Source: Candidatus Kapaibacterium sp. (GTDB lineage: Bacteria; Bacteroidota; Ignavibacteria; Kapaibacteriales; UBA2268). Taken from it: DNA of 64,000 bases. Below the pieces are notes generated by a model, which saw nothing but the letters and a program-made list of their open reading frames with translations, was not told the origin of the DNA and did not search any database. Both the position numbers and the translations under genes were made by a program. Every line of letters begins with the position of its first letter. The stretch's first letter is position 1. The DNA lies in NCBI GenBank assembly GCA_963664875.1, contig OY761611.1:928001-992000 (forward strand), written 5' to 3'. This document shows positions 48,812 through 59,431 of the stretch, one piece after another.

Positions 48812-50707
48812 ATGCTTAGAATTCTTTTGCTTCTCCTGTCTGTTTCTTTAAGTCTTGCCATCAGTGGATATCTTGCACAAAATCAATCTGCTGCAAAAAG
48901 GACTCAAGATCAGCTGCTTTTAGATTATTCGGAGTTTACTAAAAAAATCGAATCTCTAAACAAAACTGCAAACTCCAACAATATAAGTGCTATCAAAGAC
49001 ACATTCATATCTGCAAGACTTGCCTATAAAAAAATTGAGTACTTAGTTAGTTATATTGATAGAGATTATTCAGAAAGATATTTTAACGGCATTCCAATCC
49101 CGAAACCCGAACAGAATTCGCCTTCGGCTTCAGTATTAGAACCGGAGGGGTTTCAGCCTTTGGAGGAGTTGATTTATGATGACAACCCTGAATTTGATAG
49201 AATAGCCGATTTATCGGCAAAATTGTACACTTCAGCAAAGCGTTTTAAGCTTGTGCTCAAGTCATCCAAACTTTACGATAGACATATTTTTGAAGCTATG
49301 AGATTTGGAATTATAAGAATAATGTCTTTAGGTTTAAGCGGATTTGATTCTCCTTATTCTGACAAGGCAATAATTGAAAATCAGGTTTCAATGGAGGCTT
49401 TAGCAAATACTTGGGAAAGATACTCTGACGATAATCCAAATAATCAAACAGTTAAAGAAGTTAAGCAATTGTTTTACGAAGCAAATAAATCACTTGCTAT
49501 GAACACAAATTTTGAGACGTTTGACAGATTGCATTTTATTCGGGAATACATCAATCCTATTTTTGCAAAGTTGTATGACTCTCAAATAGAACTAAATATA
49601 GAATTCCAAGATGAAGTAAGCAGCAACAAACAGGCAGTTAATTTTCGTGCAAAAGAAATATTCTCGACTGACTTTTTGAATAAGTACTATTACATGAACT
49701 TATCCAAGAGAGACGACACAAAAGAATTGCAAATTTTGGGCAAAACTTTATTTTTTGACCCAATACTGTCTGCTAATAATAAAAGAGCCTGCGCTTCCTG
49801 CCACGATCCCAAAATGGCATTTACAGACGGAAAAGCAAAAAGCATTAGCTTCAACTTTGAAGGCACTGTAGAGCGGAACTCCCCTACACTTATGAATGCT
49901 GTCTATTCTGATAGATTTTTTTATGATTTACGAGCTCAAAAGTTAGAAGATCAAGTTGATCACGTCATTACAAGCTCAAAAGAGTTTGATACTGATTACA
50001 CAAAAATTATAGACAAGCTATCTTCTAACAGTGAGTATGTAGCTATGTTTCGCAAAGCCTACCCTCATATAAACTCCTCCAAGATTGTAAACAAATACAC
50101 TATAACTACTGCATTGGCTGCTTATGTTGGCAATCTTGTATCATTTGATTCAGATTTTGATAAATACATTAGAAAAGAAATAACTGAAATTGACTCGTCT
50201 GTTATCAGAGGATACAATTTATTTGCAGGAAAAGCACTTTGTGGGACCTGCCACTTCACTCCTACCTTCAATGGTACTGTGCCACCATTTTTCATTGAAA
50301 CCGATTCGGAAAATTTAGGAGTAACAGTTAGCAGTAATCTGAAGCAACCTATTTTGGATACGGATTTAGGCAGAGCCAAAGGCTTACTCAAAGACAGACT
50401 GGAGATATTCAATCATTCATTCAAGACTCTAACTATCAGGAACATCGAACTTACAGCACCTTATATGCACAATGGAGCCTTTAAAACGCTTGAGGAAGTG
50501 TTAGAATTTTACAACGAAGGTGGTGGAGTTGGTTTAGGTCTGCACAATCCATATCAGACATTACCTGAAGACAAATTAAATCTTACAGAACAGGAAAAAG
50601 CTGATATCATAGCTTTTATGAAATCACTTACTGACAATCCTAAAGTCGAAGTTCCCGCTTTGCCTAAATATCAAAATATAGATAGAGTTGCCGGAGGTGA
50701 GTATTAG
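48812..50707 (+). CDS. Diheme cytochrome c peroxidase/MauG-superfamily protein with an N-terminal helical extension
   Basis: LGKTLFFDPILS, CASCH, RNSPT, CGTCH, FKT, TAPYMHNG; signal peptide; start placed at MLRILL. Confidence 0.88.
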   Translation: MLRILLLLLSVSLSLAISGYLAQNQSAAKRTQDQLLLDYSEFTKKIESLNKTANSNNISAIKDTFISARLAYKKIEYLVSYIDRDYSERYFNGIPIPKPEQNSPSASVLEPEGFQPLEELIYDDNPEFDRIADLSAKLYTSAKRFKLVLKSSKLYDRHIFEAMRFGIIRIMSLGLSGFDSPYSDKAIIENQVSMEALANTWERYSDDNPNNQTVKEVKQLFYEANKSLAMNTNFETFDRLHFIREYINPIFAKLYDSQIELNIEFQDEVSSNKQAVNFRAKEIFSTDFLNKYYYMNLSKRDDTKELQILGKTLFFDPILSANNKRACASCHDPKMAFTDGKAKSISFNFEGTVERNSPTLMNAVYSDRFFYDLRAQKLEDQVDHVITSSKEFDTDYTKIIDKLSSNSEYVAMFRKAYPHINSSKIVNKYTITTALAAYVGNLVSFDSDFDKYIRKEITEIDSSVIRGYNLFAGKALCGTCHFTPTFNGTVPPFFIETDSENLGVTVSSNLKQPILDTDLGRAKGLLKDRLEIFNHSFKTLTIRNIELTAPYMHNGAFKTLEEVLEFYNEGGGVGLGLHNPYQTLPEDKLNLTEQEKADIIAFMKSLTDNPKVEVPALPKYQNIDRVAGGEY

Positions 50708-50799
50708 ATGCATTACTTCATTAGAGTCTTTACTTTTGTAAAGTTTTAACCGGAATAAAATGACTATTACTTGATATTGCTCGGATGACAATAATCTAT

Positions 50800-50838
50800 A
50801 AAAAAAGCTGCCGATTATTGCTAATTGGCAGCTTTTTT
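50800..50838. terminator. Bidirectional terminator
   Basis: A-run-GCTGCCGATTA...TAATTGGCAGC-T-run between convergent genes. Confidence 0.85.
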
Positions 50839-50874
50839 ATATATCCGATAACTCTTTATTGCTCTTATTAAATC

Positions 50875-52017
50875 TTATGCTCCAAGCAAGAAGCTTAACA
50901 AGATACCGGCAGCAACTGCTGAACCGATAACGCCGGCAACGTTAGGTGCCATAGCGTGCATCAATAAGTAGTTAGTAGAGTCGTATTCTTGTCCCATTGA
51001 GTGAACTACACGAGCACTATCAGGAACAGCAGAAACACCTGCAGCACCAATCATTGGATTCAATTTATTTCCATCTTTAAGGAACAAGTTCATTACCTTA
51101 GCAAAGACAAGTCCACCTGCAGTAGCCACCATAAATGAAGCAGCACCAAGAATAAAGATGAAAATTGACTGCGGAGTTAAAAATGTTGTTGCCTGAGTAG
51201 AAGCACCCACAGTTACACCAAGAAGAATTGTTACAGCATCAATCATCTGCTTGCTTGCAGTGTCTGCCAAACGCTTAGTAACACCTGATTCTTTAAGTAA
51301 ATTACCAAAGAAAAGCATACCAAGTAGTGGCAAAGCACCAGGAGAGATGAAACAAGTAAGAATCAAACCAAAAATTGGGAAAATTATTTTCTCAACTTTA
51401 GAAACAGCACGCGGCGGTTTCATTTTGATTTTTCTTTCTTCTTTAGTGCAAAGCAATTTAATAATTGGCGGTTGGATAACCGGTACAAGAGCCATATAGG
51501 AATATGCGGCAATTGCAATAGAACCAATCAAGTGCGGAGCCAGTTTAGAAGCAATAAAAATTGCAGTAGGACCATCAGCACCGCCAATGATACCAATAGC
51601 AGCAGCTTCGTCAACTGAGAATCCAAACATTAAGGCTGCCATAAAAGTAATAAATATACCGAGCTGAGCGGCAGCACCGAGCAACATTAGCTTAGGATTG
51701 GACAGCAAAGCAGAAAAATCTGTCATGGCACCAATACCCAAGAAAATCAATGGAGGATAAATACCTTTGGTAACCCCCATGTATAGATAGTTAAGCACAC
51801 TACCATCTTCGTAGATACCTAACTGCAGACCTATATTTTCAACAAAAGGAATATTACCAATCAATATACCAAAACCAATTGGAACCAAAAGTAATGGCTC
51901 ATAGTCTTTTACGATAGCTAATGTGATAAAAATCAGCCCGACTAAAATCATTACAATGTGACCCAAGGTCATGTTATAAAAACCGGAAAACTCCCAGAAA
52001 TGCAATAAACCTTCCAT
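50875..52017 (-). CDS. mmdB: Na+-translocating decarboxylase beta subunit
   Basis: EPLLLVPIGFG, GAMTDF, IIGGADGPT, AAYSYMAL, GVSAVP. Confidence 0.92.
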   Translation of the reverse strand: MEGLLHFWEFSGFYNMTLGHIVMILVGLIFITLAIVKDYEPLLLVPIGFGILIGNIPFVENIGLQLGIYEDGSVLNYLYMGVTKGIYPPLIFLGIGAMTDFSALLSNPKLMLLGAAAQLGIFITFMAALMFGFSVDEAAAIGIIGGADGPTAIFIASKLAPHLIGSIAIAAYSYMALVPVIQPPIIKLLCTKEERKIKMKPPRAVSKVEKIIFPIFGLILTCFISPGALPLLGMLFFGNLLKESGVTKRLADTASKQMIDAVTILLGVTVGASTQATTFLTPQSIFIFILGAASFMVATAGGLVFAKVMNLFLKDGNKLNPMIGAAGVSAVPDSARVVHSMGQEYDSTNYLLMHAMAPNVAGVIGSAVAAGILLSFLLGA

Positions 52018-52023
52018 ATCTGA

Positions 52024-52458
52024 TTAGCCCCCGATTTCCATTAGCACATCGCCTTCGAGTACAGATTGCTCTAAGTTGACTTTAATAGAAGTAACTTTGC
52101 CTGCTCTATCTGCTTTGATTTCATTTTCCATTTTCATGGCTTCCATGATAAGAACAGTTTGACCAACCTGCACCTCATCGCCTTCGCGTACTTTTAGTGC
52201 CATAATAAGTCCCGGTAACGGAGCTTTAAGCTGACCGGTACCTTTTGCAGCAGCAGGGCTGCTTGTTCTTACTGGTGAATCATTAGTAGGAGGAACATTT
52301 GTTCTAACTAATTTTGGTGTTTTAGAAACTTTTTTCTCTCTGTGAATAGTAACTTCATAAGTCGTGCCATTCACTTCGAGAGTTGCAACATCATCTTCGA
52401 TATTTTGAATTTCTACATCGTAGTTATTACCACGAATTGTAAATTTATATTGCTTCAT
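52024..52458 (-). CDS. mmdC: Biotin carboxyl carrier subunit
   Basis: APLPG, EAMKMENEI. Confidence 0.92.
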   Translation of the reverse strand: MKQYKFTIRGNNYDVEIQNIEDDVATLEVNGTTYEVTIHREKKVSKTPKLVRTNVPPTNDSPVRTSSPAAAKGTGQLKAPLPGLIMALKVREGDEVQVGQTVLIMEAMKMENEIKADRAGKVTSIKVNLEQSVLEGDVLMEIGG

Positions 52459-52471
52459 GTTGTAATCCCAA

Positions 52472-52909
52472 TTAATAATGACGAGGTGATCTTCTCATTG
52501 AATAAATCTTAGAACTCCAAGGGGAGTAGCGTTTTTGCACTTTTTCGATAGTAAGCACTGTACTTTCGAAATCGTGAGCTTCATCGAAATGTAGGTGTAA
52601 AGCCAATGCTATTGCAGCATTTACATCACCTGTCATTTCTATGTCTTCTCTTTTATCAGGAGCTTTCTGACCCGTAGCTTCAATCTTTTTCTTTTGTTTG
52701 TTCACCATATAATTGGTAAAAAAGCTGATACAAGCAAAAAGAATAATCAAAGCAACAAAAACTACCAAATAACCAATTATCGTAATTGAAATTGACTGTT
52801 CAGTAAAAGCAGCCGAAAAATCGAAACTGATTTTTCCTGTTTCTGAAGTTTCTGATGCTCCCGCGATGAGATATTTTATTATACTATTCTGAACTAATGA
52901 TTCAAACAT
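52472..52909 (-). CDS. mmdD: OadG/MmdD family membrane anchor subunit
   Basis: Single TM segment GYLVVFVALIIL, AAIALAL, SPWSSK; operon context. Confidence 0.82.
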   Translation of the reverse strand: MFESLVQNSIIKYLIAGASETSETGKISFDFSAAFTEQSISITIIGYLVVFVALIILFACISFFTNYMVNKQKKKIEATGQKAPDKREDIEMTGDVNAAIALALHLHFDEAHDFESTVLTIEKVQKRYSPWSSKIYSMRRSPRHY

Positions 52910-52925
52910 CTTTTATCCCAAATTT

Positions 52926-54485
52926 TTATAACGGTAAGTTTGAATGTTTACGAGGTAAATTCAAATCCTTTTTATTAGCAAGCATCTGTAATGCACGAAT
53001 GATGCGGAAACGAGTGTTTCTTGGTTCGATAACATCATCAATGTAGCCATACTTAGCAGCAACATAAGGATTTGCAAATTTCTGCTTGTATTCTTCTTCT
53101 TTTTTCATGACAAGTTTAACTTTTTCAGTTTCGTCACTAATTTCGCTAAGTTCTCGAGATAAAAGTACTTCGATAGCACCTTTAGGTCCCATAACTGCGA
53201 TTTCTGAGTTTGGCCAAGCATAGTTAATATCGCCACGAAGGTGTTTTGAGCTCATCACGTCATAAGCACCACCATAAGCTTTACGCAAGATACAAGTTAC
53301 TTTCGGAACTGTAGCTTCGCCGTAAGCAAATAGCAATTTAGCACCATGAAGAATGATACCACCGTATTCTTGAGTTGTACCTGGTAAGAAGCCCGGAACA
53401 TCCACAAGAGTAACTAACGGAATATTGAATGCATCACAAAAACGAACAAAACGAGCAGCTTTTCTTGAAGCATTTATATCCAATACACCTGCCAGATAGT
53501 TTGGCTGGTTAGCTACGATACCGGTTGACATACCGTTAAAGCGAGCAAAACCAATAACTATGTTTTGAGCATAGTGTCTATGTACTTCTAAAAATTCAGA
53601 ATTATCAACAATTGAATGGATAATGTCTTTTACGTTGTATGGTTTGTTTGGATTATCAGGAACTATTTCATTTAGCTCATCATCCAATCTGTCGATAGGA
53701 TCGTCACATACAACTGCAGGAGCTTCTTCGAGATTGTTTGAAGGTATGTAAGATAAAAGTTTTCTGATAAGCATCAAACCTTCGTCTTCATTTTCAGCTA
53801 CAAAGTGAGTTACACCTGATTTTGTAGCGTGAACCATAGCTCCACCAAGCTCTTCTGAAGTAACAGTTTCATTTGTTACAGTTTTTACTACTTTAGGACC
53901 TGTTACGAACATATAAGATGTTTCTTTGGTCATTATGATAAAATCTGTAAGTGCAGGAGAATAAACAGCACCACCGGCACAAGGGCCAAAAATTGCAGAA
54001 ATCTGTGGAACAACGCCAGAAGCATTGATATTTCTTTGGAAAATATCAGCGTAACCACCCAATGATTTTACACCTTCTTGAATACGAGCACCACCACTAT
54101 CGTTGATACCGATAACAGGAGCACCTACTTTCAATGCCTGATCCATTACTTTACAGATTTTTTGAGCAAACATCTCAGATAGAGAGCCGCCAAATACTGT
54201 AAAATCCTGAGAGAATAAATAAACCAAGCGTCCGTCAATTGTACCGTAACCTGTTACTACACCATCTGACAAATAGCTTTCTTTGTCTAAGCCAAAGTCA
54301 ACAGTACGGTGGCAAACGAACATGTCAAATTCTTCGAAAGAACCTTCGTCAAGAAGCATATCGATTCTTTCGCGGGCAGTGTATTTGCCTTTTTTGTGTT
54401 GAGATTCTATTCTTTTAATCCCACCACCAAGACGCGCTTTCTCACGCATCTCCATCAATTCTTTAATCTTATCTTGTATTGCCAT
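52926..54485 (-). CDS. mmdA: Methylmalonyl-CoA decarboxylase/carboxyltransferase alpha subunit
   Basis: [48 protein letters not shown]. Confidence 0.92.
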   Translation of the reverse strand: MAIQDKIKELMEMREKARLGGGIKRIESQHKKGKYTARERIDMLLDEGSFEEFDMFVCHRTVDFGLDKESYLSDGVVTGYGTIDGRLVYLFSQDFTVFGGSLSEMFAQKICKVMDQALKVGAPVIGINDSGGARIQEGVKSLGGYADIFQRNINASGVVPQISAIFGPCAGGAVYSPALTDFIIMTKETSYMFVTGPKVVKTVTNETVTSEELGGAMVHATKSGVTHFVAENEDEGLMLIRKLLSYIPSNNLEEAPAVVCDDPIDRLDDELNEIVPDNPNKPYNVKDIIHSIVDNSEFLEVHRHYAQNIVIGFARFNGMSTGIVANQPNYLAGVLDINASRKAARFVRFCDAFNIPLVTLVDVPGFLPGTTQEYGGIILHGAKLLFAYGEATVPKVTCILRKAYGGAYDVMSSKHLRGDINYAWPNSEIAVMGPKGAIEVLLSRELSEISDETEKVKLVMKKEEEYKQKFANPYVAAKYGYIDDVIEPRNTRFRIIRALQMLANKKDLNLPRKHSNLPL

Positions 54486-54813
54486 TTCCTCTCCTCAAGA
54501 GAAATATATTAAAAAGGGATTTCCTATTAGAATATTCGTTGCAAATTTACCAATCAAAAGTTACAAATAATAACCTAATTGGATTTTATTATGCACTTTT
54601 GAGTGAAAAAAGCCCCTATTATTGCGATTTAATATTTATGCAACTAACTGTTCAATTACACTTGAAGTGCCATTAACCCGTTATACCCTTAAAGTTTATA
54701 GTTTCGCATTGCCAAAGATTTCTATTATAATCTACAATATATTCTATTTATAGGTTAATGCAATACTATTATTTTTAAATAAAACATGTAAAGTTAATAC
54801 ATTGGGTAATTAT

Positions 54814-55296
54814 ATGACTAAATCGCGTTTACACGATATTCTATTAATTAGTGGGGTTATCTTGCTTACTTCTATCATGGGACTAATCGGCTATTCGCAG
54901 ACGAAAGATTTGCAGAACAACACGACTCCTATATTAGAAGCAGATTTATTTATGCCTTATGCGGAGCTTATCAAAGAAGGAAAGTATGATGAAGCTTACA
55001 ACACTTATCTTTCTGATTCTTATAAGTCAAAATTCGATTTAAAATCTTATACTGAATCACAAAAGCTAAATATTGAGAAATATGGAAAACTGGTCTCTTT
55101 AAAGCCGCTATCCGGTATATTCATTACCGAGCAGTCAAAAGGTAAATGGATTTATAAAGGTACTCTTGTTTACAAAGGAGAAAGGGCAACTCAAAGAATA
55201 ACAGCATCAATTGAAATTGAAAACGGTAAATATAAATTTTTCCGTACTTACCCCTCTACTGTTACAATGAGAGACAACGTGCCTCTAGTCTATTAA
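54814..55296 (+). CDS. Hypothetical membrane-anchored protein
   Basis: N-terminal TM segment; GKYDEAY motif; ATG at 54814. Confidence 0.6.
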   Translation: MTKSRLHDILLISGVILLTSIMGLIGYSQTKDLQNNTTPILEADLFMPYAELIKEGKYDEAYNTYLSDSYKSKFDLKSYTESQKLNIEKYGKLVSLKPLSGIFITEQSKGKWIYKGTLVYKGERATQRITASIEIENGKYKFFRTYPSTVTMRDNVPLVY

Positions 55297-55306
55297 AAAT
55301 GGAGTA

Positions 55307-55358
55307 AAAAAAAAAGCTACTGACAATACATCCTAAGTTATGGACAGTAGCTTTTTTT
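55307..55358. terminator. Bidirectional terminator
   Basis: A-run-GCTACTG...CAGTAGC-T-run between convergent genes. Confidence 0.75.
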
Positions 55359-55382
55359 ACTATATTTTTTTTATTTTGTTGT

Positions 55383-55883
55383 TTATTCGTCTTCGTCAGG
55401 TTTATCAAAACGATCTCCCCTGCCACCTCTGTGCTTTTTCATTAGCAATTTGTGTACTTGCTTTTCGAATCTAAATTCAAACAAGATTAGCTTAGCGTAT
55501 TGCTTTGGAGTTAGCAGTTTTTGAGCTTCAGACATAAAAGTCTTACGAGCTTTATGCATTTCTTCCATTTTACTTTCGATTTTCTTGACTACTTCTCCGA
55601 TTTCTGATTCACCAGCATCTTTTTTGATAAGTTTATTAAGCTGAGAATTCAGTTCATCGATTTCGTCTCTTGTCTTTGCCATGTCTTTTTCTAAGGCTGT
55701 AAATTTTACAAGAAACTTATCTGCAGTCTGCTCATCCATATCAAGAGTTTCCAAAAGTTTGATTTTTTTGAGTTGTAAAAATCTTTCTTTGGAATTTAGT
55801 GCCATATCCTGAGCATTAGAACTAAAAGAGAAGCACATAAGTATAATTATAGCAATAGGGACTAATTTAAAAATCGATTTCAT
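55383..55883 (-). CDS. Periplasmic helical protein (Spy/CpxP-like) downstream of the ECF sigma pair
   Basis: Signal peptide, coiled-coil, LTPKQ motif. Confidence 0.6.
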   Translation of the reverse strand: MKSIFKLVPIAIIILMCFSFSSNAQDMALNSKERFLQLKKIKLLETLDMDEQTADKFLVKFTALEKDMAKTRDEIDELNSQLNKLIKKDAGESEIGEVVKKIESKMEEMHKARKTFMSEAQKLLTPKQYAKLILFEFRFEKQVHKLLMKKHRGGRGDRFDKPDEDE

Positions 55884-56562
55884 TTTCCAAATCCTCTATT
55901 ATAGATTGAAATTCGTTTTCACTAAGCATAGATAAATCATCTTCGATAGCAGAGTAATTACCAACAGAATTTAGTAAAACATTAGTATTTGTTTCGGCTA
56001 TAGCAGCTGCAAAAGCATTTTCCAAATATTCAGTAAGTGATGCATCTTCATTTTCAACTATAGTCTCACTTTCGGTTACAGCTTCATAGATAGGCTCTAG
56101 GTTGCCGGAATCAGAAATTGCAAGCAAATCTGAATATTGTACAAATTCTATAGGTTCAGTCAAATGCTGTTCAGTTGCTATCGAATCAATTTTTGCAACG
56201 TTAGGCATCATAAACTTTTTACCCATAGGAGTAAACATTAGAAAAGCAACTATCGCCAAAGACATAGAAGGAGCAAGATACCTCATAAAAAATCTTGTCC
56301 GCTTTTGTCTTTCTGTCATTTCTAACTGTCTTCTTTGGTTGACTTTAACAGAAAGATTTCTTGTTTTTGCAGCAATTTTTCTATCAAATTCCATTTTGTC
56401 AAATCTGTCAAAAACTCCTCGCGCTTCATTAACCTCTTCTATCAGGTCAGGAAAGTTTGTGTAATTTTCCTCGAAATAATGTTTTTGCTCAGCTGTCAGA
56501 TTATCAAAAATATAATCCGGCATCATACCCTGCAATTCTTTATGTAGATTTTGGTTAGTCAT
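55867..56562 (-). CDS. Putative transmembrane anti-sigma factor
   Basis: Directly follows the ECF sigma; degenerate ZAS-like N-terminus and one TM segment. Confidence 0.6.
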   Translation of the reverse strand: MTNQNLHKELQGMMPDYIFDNLTAEQKHYFEENYTNFPDLIEEVNEARGVFDRFDKMEFDRKIAAKTRNLSVKVNQRRQLEMTERQKRTRFFMRYLAPSMSLAIVAFLMFTPMGKKFMMPNVAKIDSIATEQHLTEPIEFVQYSDLLAISDSGNLEPIYEAVTESETIVENEDASLTEYLENAFAAAIAETNTNVLLNSVGNYSAIEDDLSMLSENEFQSIIEDLENEIDF

Positions 56563-57138
56563 TTATATTTCCTCCTTAGCAAAGAAAGCTGAGAGTTTTT
56601 TTACAGCCTGATGGTAATTTGCTTTTAAACCACCAACACTCGTGCCAAGTACGTTTGATATTTCTTCGTAACTCATTTCATCAAAATATCTTAAAGCAAA
56701 AGTTTCGCGTTGTTTTTTTGGTAAATCAGATAAGGCATCAAGGAATCTTTCTTCAAACTCTTTTATCTGAATATCTCTATCGGGTAAATGTTTTTCCAAA
56801 GGAATATCTCTAGGGTCGTTGTCATCAAAGATTTTGAAGATAGAGCGTACTTTCTTTTTTCGTTGAATATTGAGGCAGACATTAACTGTAATCCGATACA
56901 GCCAGGTTTTTACCCCTGCTTCAGCTTTGAATTTATGTAGATTGCCAAGTGCTCTTATAAAAGCTTCCTGAGCGGCATCGTCTGCATCGTCATGGTTATT
57001 AAGATACCTATAGGCTGTAGCATATACAAAACTCTGGTACTTACGTACAAAAGCAGTAGCTGCTCTATCGCTATTGGATTCGCAGTAATCTTTTATGATA
57101 TCAGCATCAGTGTTGTATGACAAAGCCAAATCTCTCAT
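56563..57138 (-). CDS. ECF-family RNA polymerase sigma factor
   Basis: DAAQEAF, TWLYRI, LPKKQR, SYEEIS; start placed at MRDLAL. Confidence 0.92.
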   Translation of the reverse strand: MRDLALSYNTDADIIKDYCESNSDRAATAFVRKYQSFVYATAYRYLNNHDDADDAAQEAFIRALGNLHKFKAEAGVKTWLYRITVNVCLNIQRKKKVRSIFKIFDDNDPRDIPLEKHLPDRDIQIKEFEERFLDALSDLPKKQRETFALRYFDEMSYEEISNVLGTSVGGLKANYHQAVKKLSAFFAKEEI

Positions 57139-57257
57139 AACCTTTCTCCATTTCTCTTTTGAGTATTGGACACTTCGATATGCCAAAAGGTTTAAAAGAA
57201 AAATGGAAAATCTTATAAAAAAAACGCCCACCAACAGATGGACGTTAAAAATATAAT

Positions 57258-57731
57258 TTATTTGCCAATGCTAATAATTTCGTATTGAGTAATACCTGCC
57301 GGCACAACGACCTCAGCTATCTGACCAAGTTCCTTGCCCATCAGAGCTTTGCCCAAAGGAGAAGAAACAGCAATTTTGTTTTGTTCAAAGTCAGCTTCTT
57401 CTGCACTTACAAGTTGGTATAGGAATTCTTCGTCAGTTACTACATTTTTGAGTGTAACTTTCGAAAGTATATATATTTTATCATCAGGGAACTCATCTGC
57501 TTTAATAACCTGAGCTTTGGACAAAATCTGTGATAGCTTAGCTATTTTCATTTCTAAAAGACCTTGTTCGTCTTTTGCAGCATCATAATCTGCATTTTCA
57601 GATAAATCGCCGTGAGAGCGAGCTTCAGCAATTTTTTGAGCTACTTCTCTTCTGCCGCGACCTTTCAAATCATTCAATTCTTCTTCTATTTCTCTAATTC
57701 TTTCTTTCGTCATGTAAATAATTTCAGACAT
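57258..57731 (-). CDS. greA: Transcription elongation factor GreA
   Basis: ARSHGDLSENADY, SSPLGKAL. Confidence 0.95.
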   Translation of the reverse strand: MSEIIYMTKERIREIEEELNDLKGRGRREVAQKIAEARSHGDLSENADYDAAKDEQGLLEMKIAKLSQILSKAQVIKADEFPDDKIYILSKVTLKNVVTDEEFLYQLVSAEEADFEQNKIAVSSPLGKALMGKELGQIAEVVVPAGITQYEIISIGK

Positions 57732-57770
57732 AACATTTACCCTTTATTGTTTAATTTCAGTAATTCTTTT

Positions 57771-58970
57771 TTACAGATTAGACAGTAAGTGTCCCATCTT
57801 AGATTTTTTCGTTTCTAAATAGTGATGATTGCAGGAATTTGGTTCTATTTCTACAGGGACTCGCTCTGTTACATTCAAGCCATACGATTCCAATCCGACA
57901 CGTTTTTTAGGATTGTTTGTCATCAGACGCATTTTTTTAACTCCCAAATTCATGAGAATCTGTGCGCCAATACCATAATCTCTTGCATCAGCAACAAATC
58001 CGAGTTCGAGATTAGCTTCTACTGTGTCAAATCCTTTTTCCTGAAGAGCGTAAGCTTTGACTTTGTTAATGAGTCCGATACCTCTGCCCTCTTGCCTCAT
58101 ATAGAGCAATACACCTCTACCCTCTTTTTCAATCTGTCTTAGTGCAGCATGGAGCTGAGAGCCACAGTCGCATCGAAGAGAACCGAACACATCACCGGTG
58201 AGACATTCTGAGTGAACTCTTACAAGTATGTTATCTTCTTCGGTCCATTCTCCTTTGACGATAGCAACATGCTCTTTGCCGTCAACCACATTTTCGTAAA
58301 CTTTGATTTTGAAGTGCCCATATTCAGTAGGTGCATCAGCTTCTGCAACACATTTTACCAAAGATTCTTTTCTTAGTCTATATGCTATCAAATCTTTTAC
58401 AGTTATCACTTTCAAATCATGTTTTTTTGCGAATTCGATTAGCTCAGGCATTCTTGCCATTTGACCATCTTCGCTGATTATTTCGCACAAAACACCACAT
58501 GGTTTTAACCCGGCAAGTCTCATCAAATCTACAGTTGCTTCTGTGTGCCCTGCTCTTCGAAGCACTCCTTCTTCTACTGCAATCAAAGGGAAAATATGCC
58601 CGGGACGCAACAAATCTTCCGGTTTAGTATCTTTATTTGCAATTGCTCTAATGGTCGCAGCGCGGTCATTGGCAGAGATTCCTGTAGTAGTGCCGTATGC
58701 ATAATCTACTGACACGGTAAATTTAGTTTCGTGCAAAGCAGAATTATCTCTGACCATTATGTCAAGATTAAGCTCTTTAGCTCTCTCAGGAGTTATAGAA
58801 ACGCAAATTAGACCCTTGCCTTTGGAAGACATAAAATTGACAGTTTGCGGAGTTATAAGCTCTGCAGCACATATCAGATCACCTTCGTTTTCTCTGTCTT
58901 CGTCATCCATTACGACAATCATCTTGCCGGATACAAGATCCTGCAAGGCTTCTTCAATTGTATTTATCAT
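57771..58970 (-). CDS. ribBA: Bifunctional DHBP synthase / GTP cyclohydrolase II
   Basis: [42 protein letters not shown]. Confidence 0.96.
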   Translation of the reverse strand: MINTIEEALQDLVSGKMIVVMDDEDRENEGDLICAAELITPQTVNFMSSKGKGLICVSITPERAKELNLDIMVRDNSALHETKFTVSVDYAYGTTTGISANDRAATIRAIANKDTKPEDLLRPGHIFPLIAVEEGVLRRAGHTEATVDLMRLAGLKPCGVLCEIISEDGQMARMPELIEFAKKHDLKVITVKDLIAYRLRKESLVKCVAEADAPTEYGHFKIKVYENVVDGKEHVAIVKGEWTEEDNILVRVHSECLTGDVFGSLRCDCGSQLHAALRQIEKEGRGVLLYMRQEGRGIGLINKVKAYALQEKGFDTVEANLELGFVADARDYGIGAQILMNLGVKKMRLMTNNPKKRVGLESYGLNVTERVPVEIEPNSCNHHYLETKKSKMGHLLSNL

Positions 58971-59011
58971 TTCCGTTCTCGGTTAGATTATTACTACCCT
59001 ATATAATAAAC

Positions 59012-59044
59012 AAATCTTTCACCGAGAAAAGCGGTGAAAGATTT
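59012..59044 (-). terminator. Hairpin/terminator after yajC
   Basis: AAATCTTTCACCG-agaaaag-CGGTGAAAGATTT, a 13-bp perfect stem. Confidence 0.7.
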
Positions 59045-59105
59045 ATAGTCATCTCTATTTTGAACTACGCTGTTAAGTTACAAAATTTTTTGTTAATAAA
59101 AAAAA

Positions 59106-59414
59106 TTATGACTTATTAGCGATAGCAACTTTTTCAAATCTGATTTTTACATTATCTGCAACTTCGACCAAAACAGTTTTTTCGTCCACTTCGACTACTT
59201 TACCGTGCATACCTGCAGAAGTAACTACCTGATCGCCTTTTTTGATGGCATTCAACATAGACTGATGCTCTTTCTGACGTTTTTGCTGAGGTCTTATCAT
59301 CATAAAATACATAATAAGTATTACACCACCAAACATAATGAGTGTACCCATCATACCACCACCTTGTTCGCCTCCTTGAGGTGCTGCCATACCAAGTAAA
59401 TGTAAGAAATCCAT
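59106..59414 (-). CDS. yajC: Preprotein translocase subunit YajC
   Basis: YFMMIRPQQKRQK, KGDQVVT; follows tgt. Confidence 0.95.
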   Translation of the reverse strand: MDFLHLLGMAAPQGGEQGGGMMGTLIMFGGVILIMYFMMIRPQQKRQKEHQSMLNAIKKGDQVVTSAGMHGKVVEVDEKTVLVEVADNVKIRFEKVAIANKS

Positions 59415-59431
59415 TTGTAATCTCCTCTATA

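Noticed and set aside
58971-59105. FMN riboswitch upstream of ribBA
   Set aside because: The 135-bp spacer holds only one simple hairpin and none of the conserved RFN sequence blocks.
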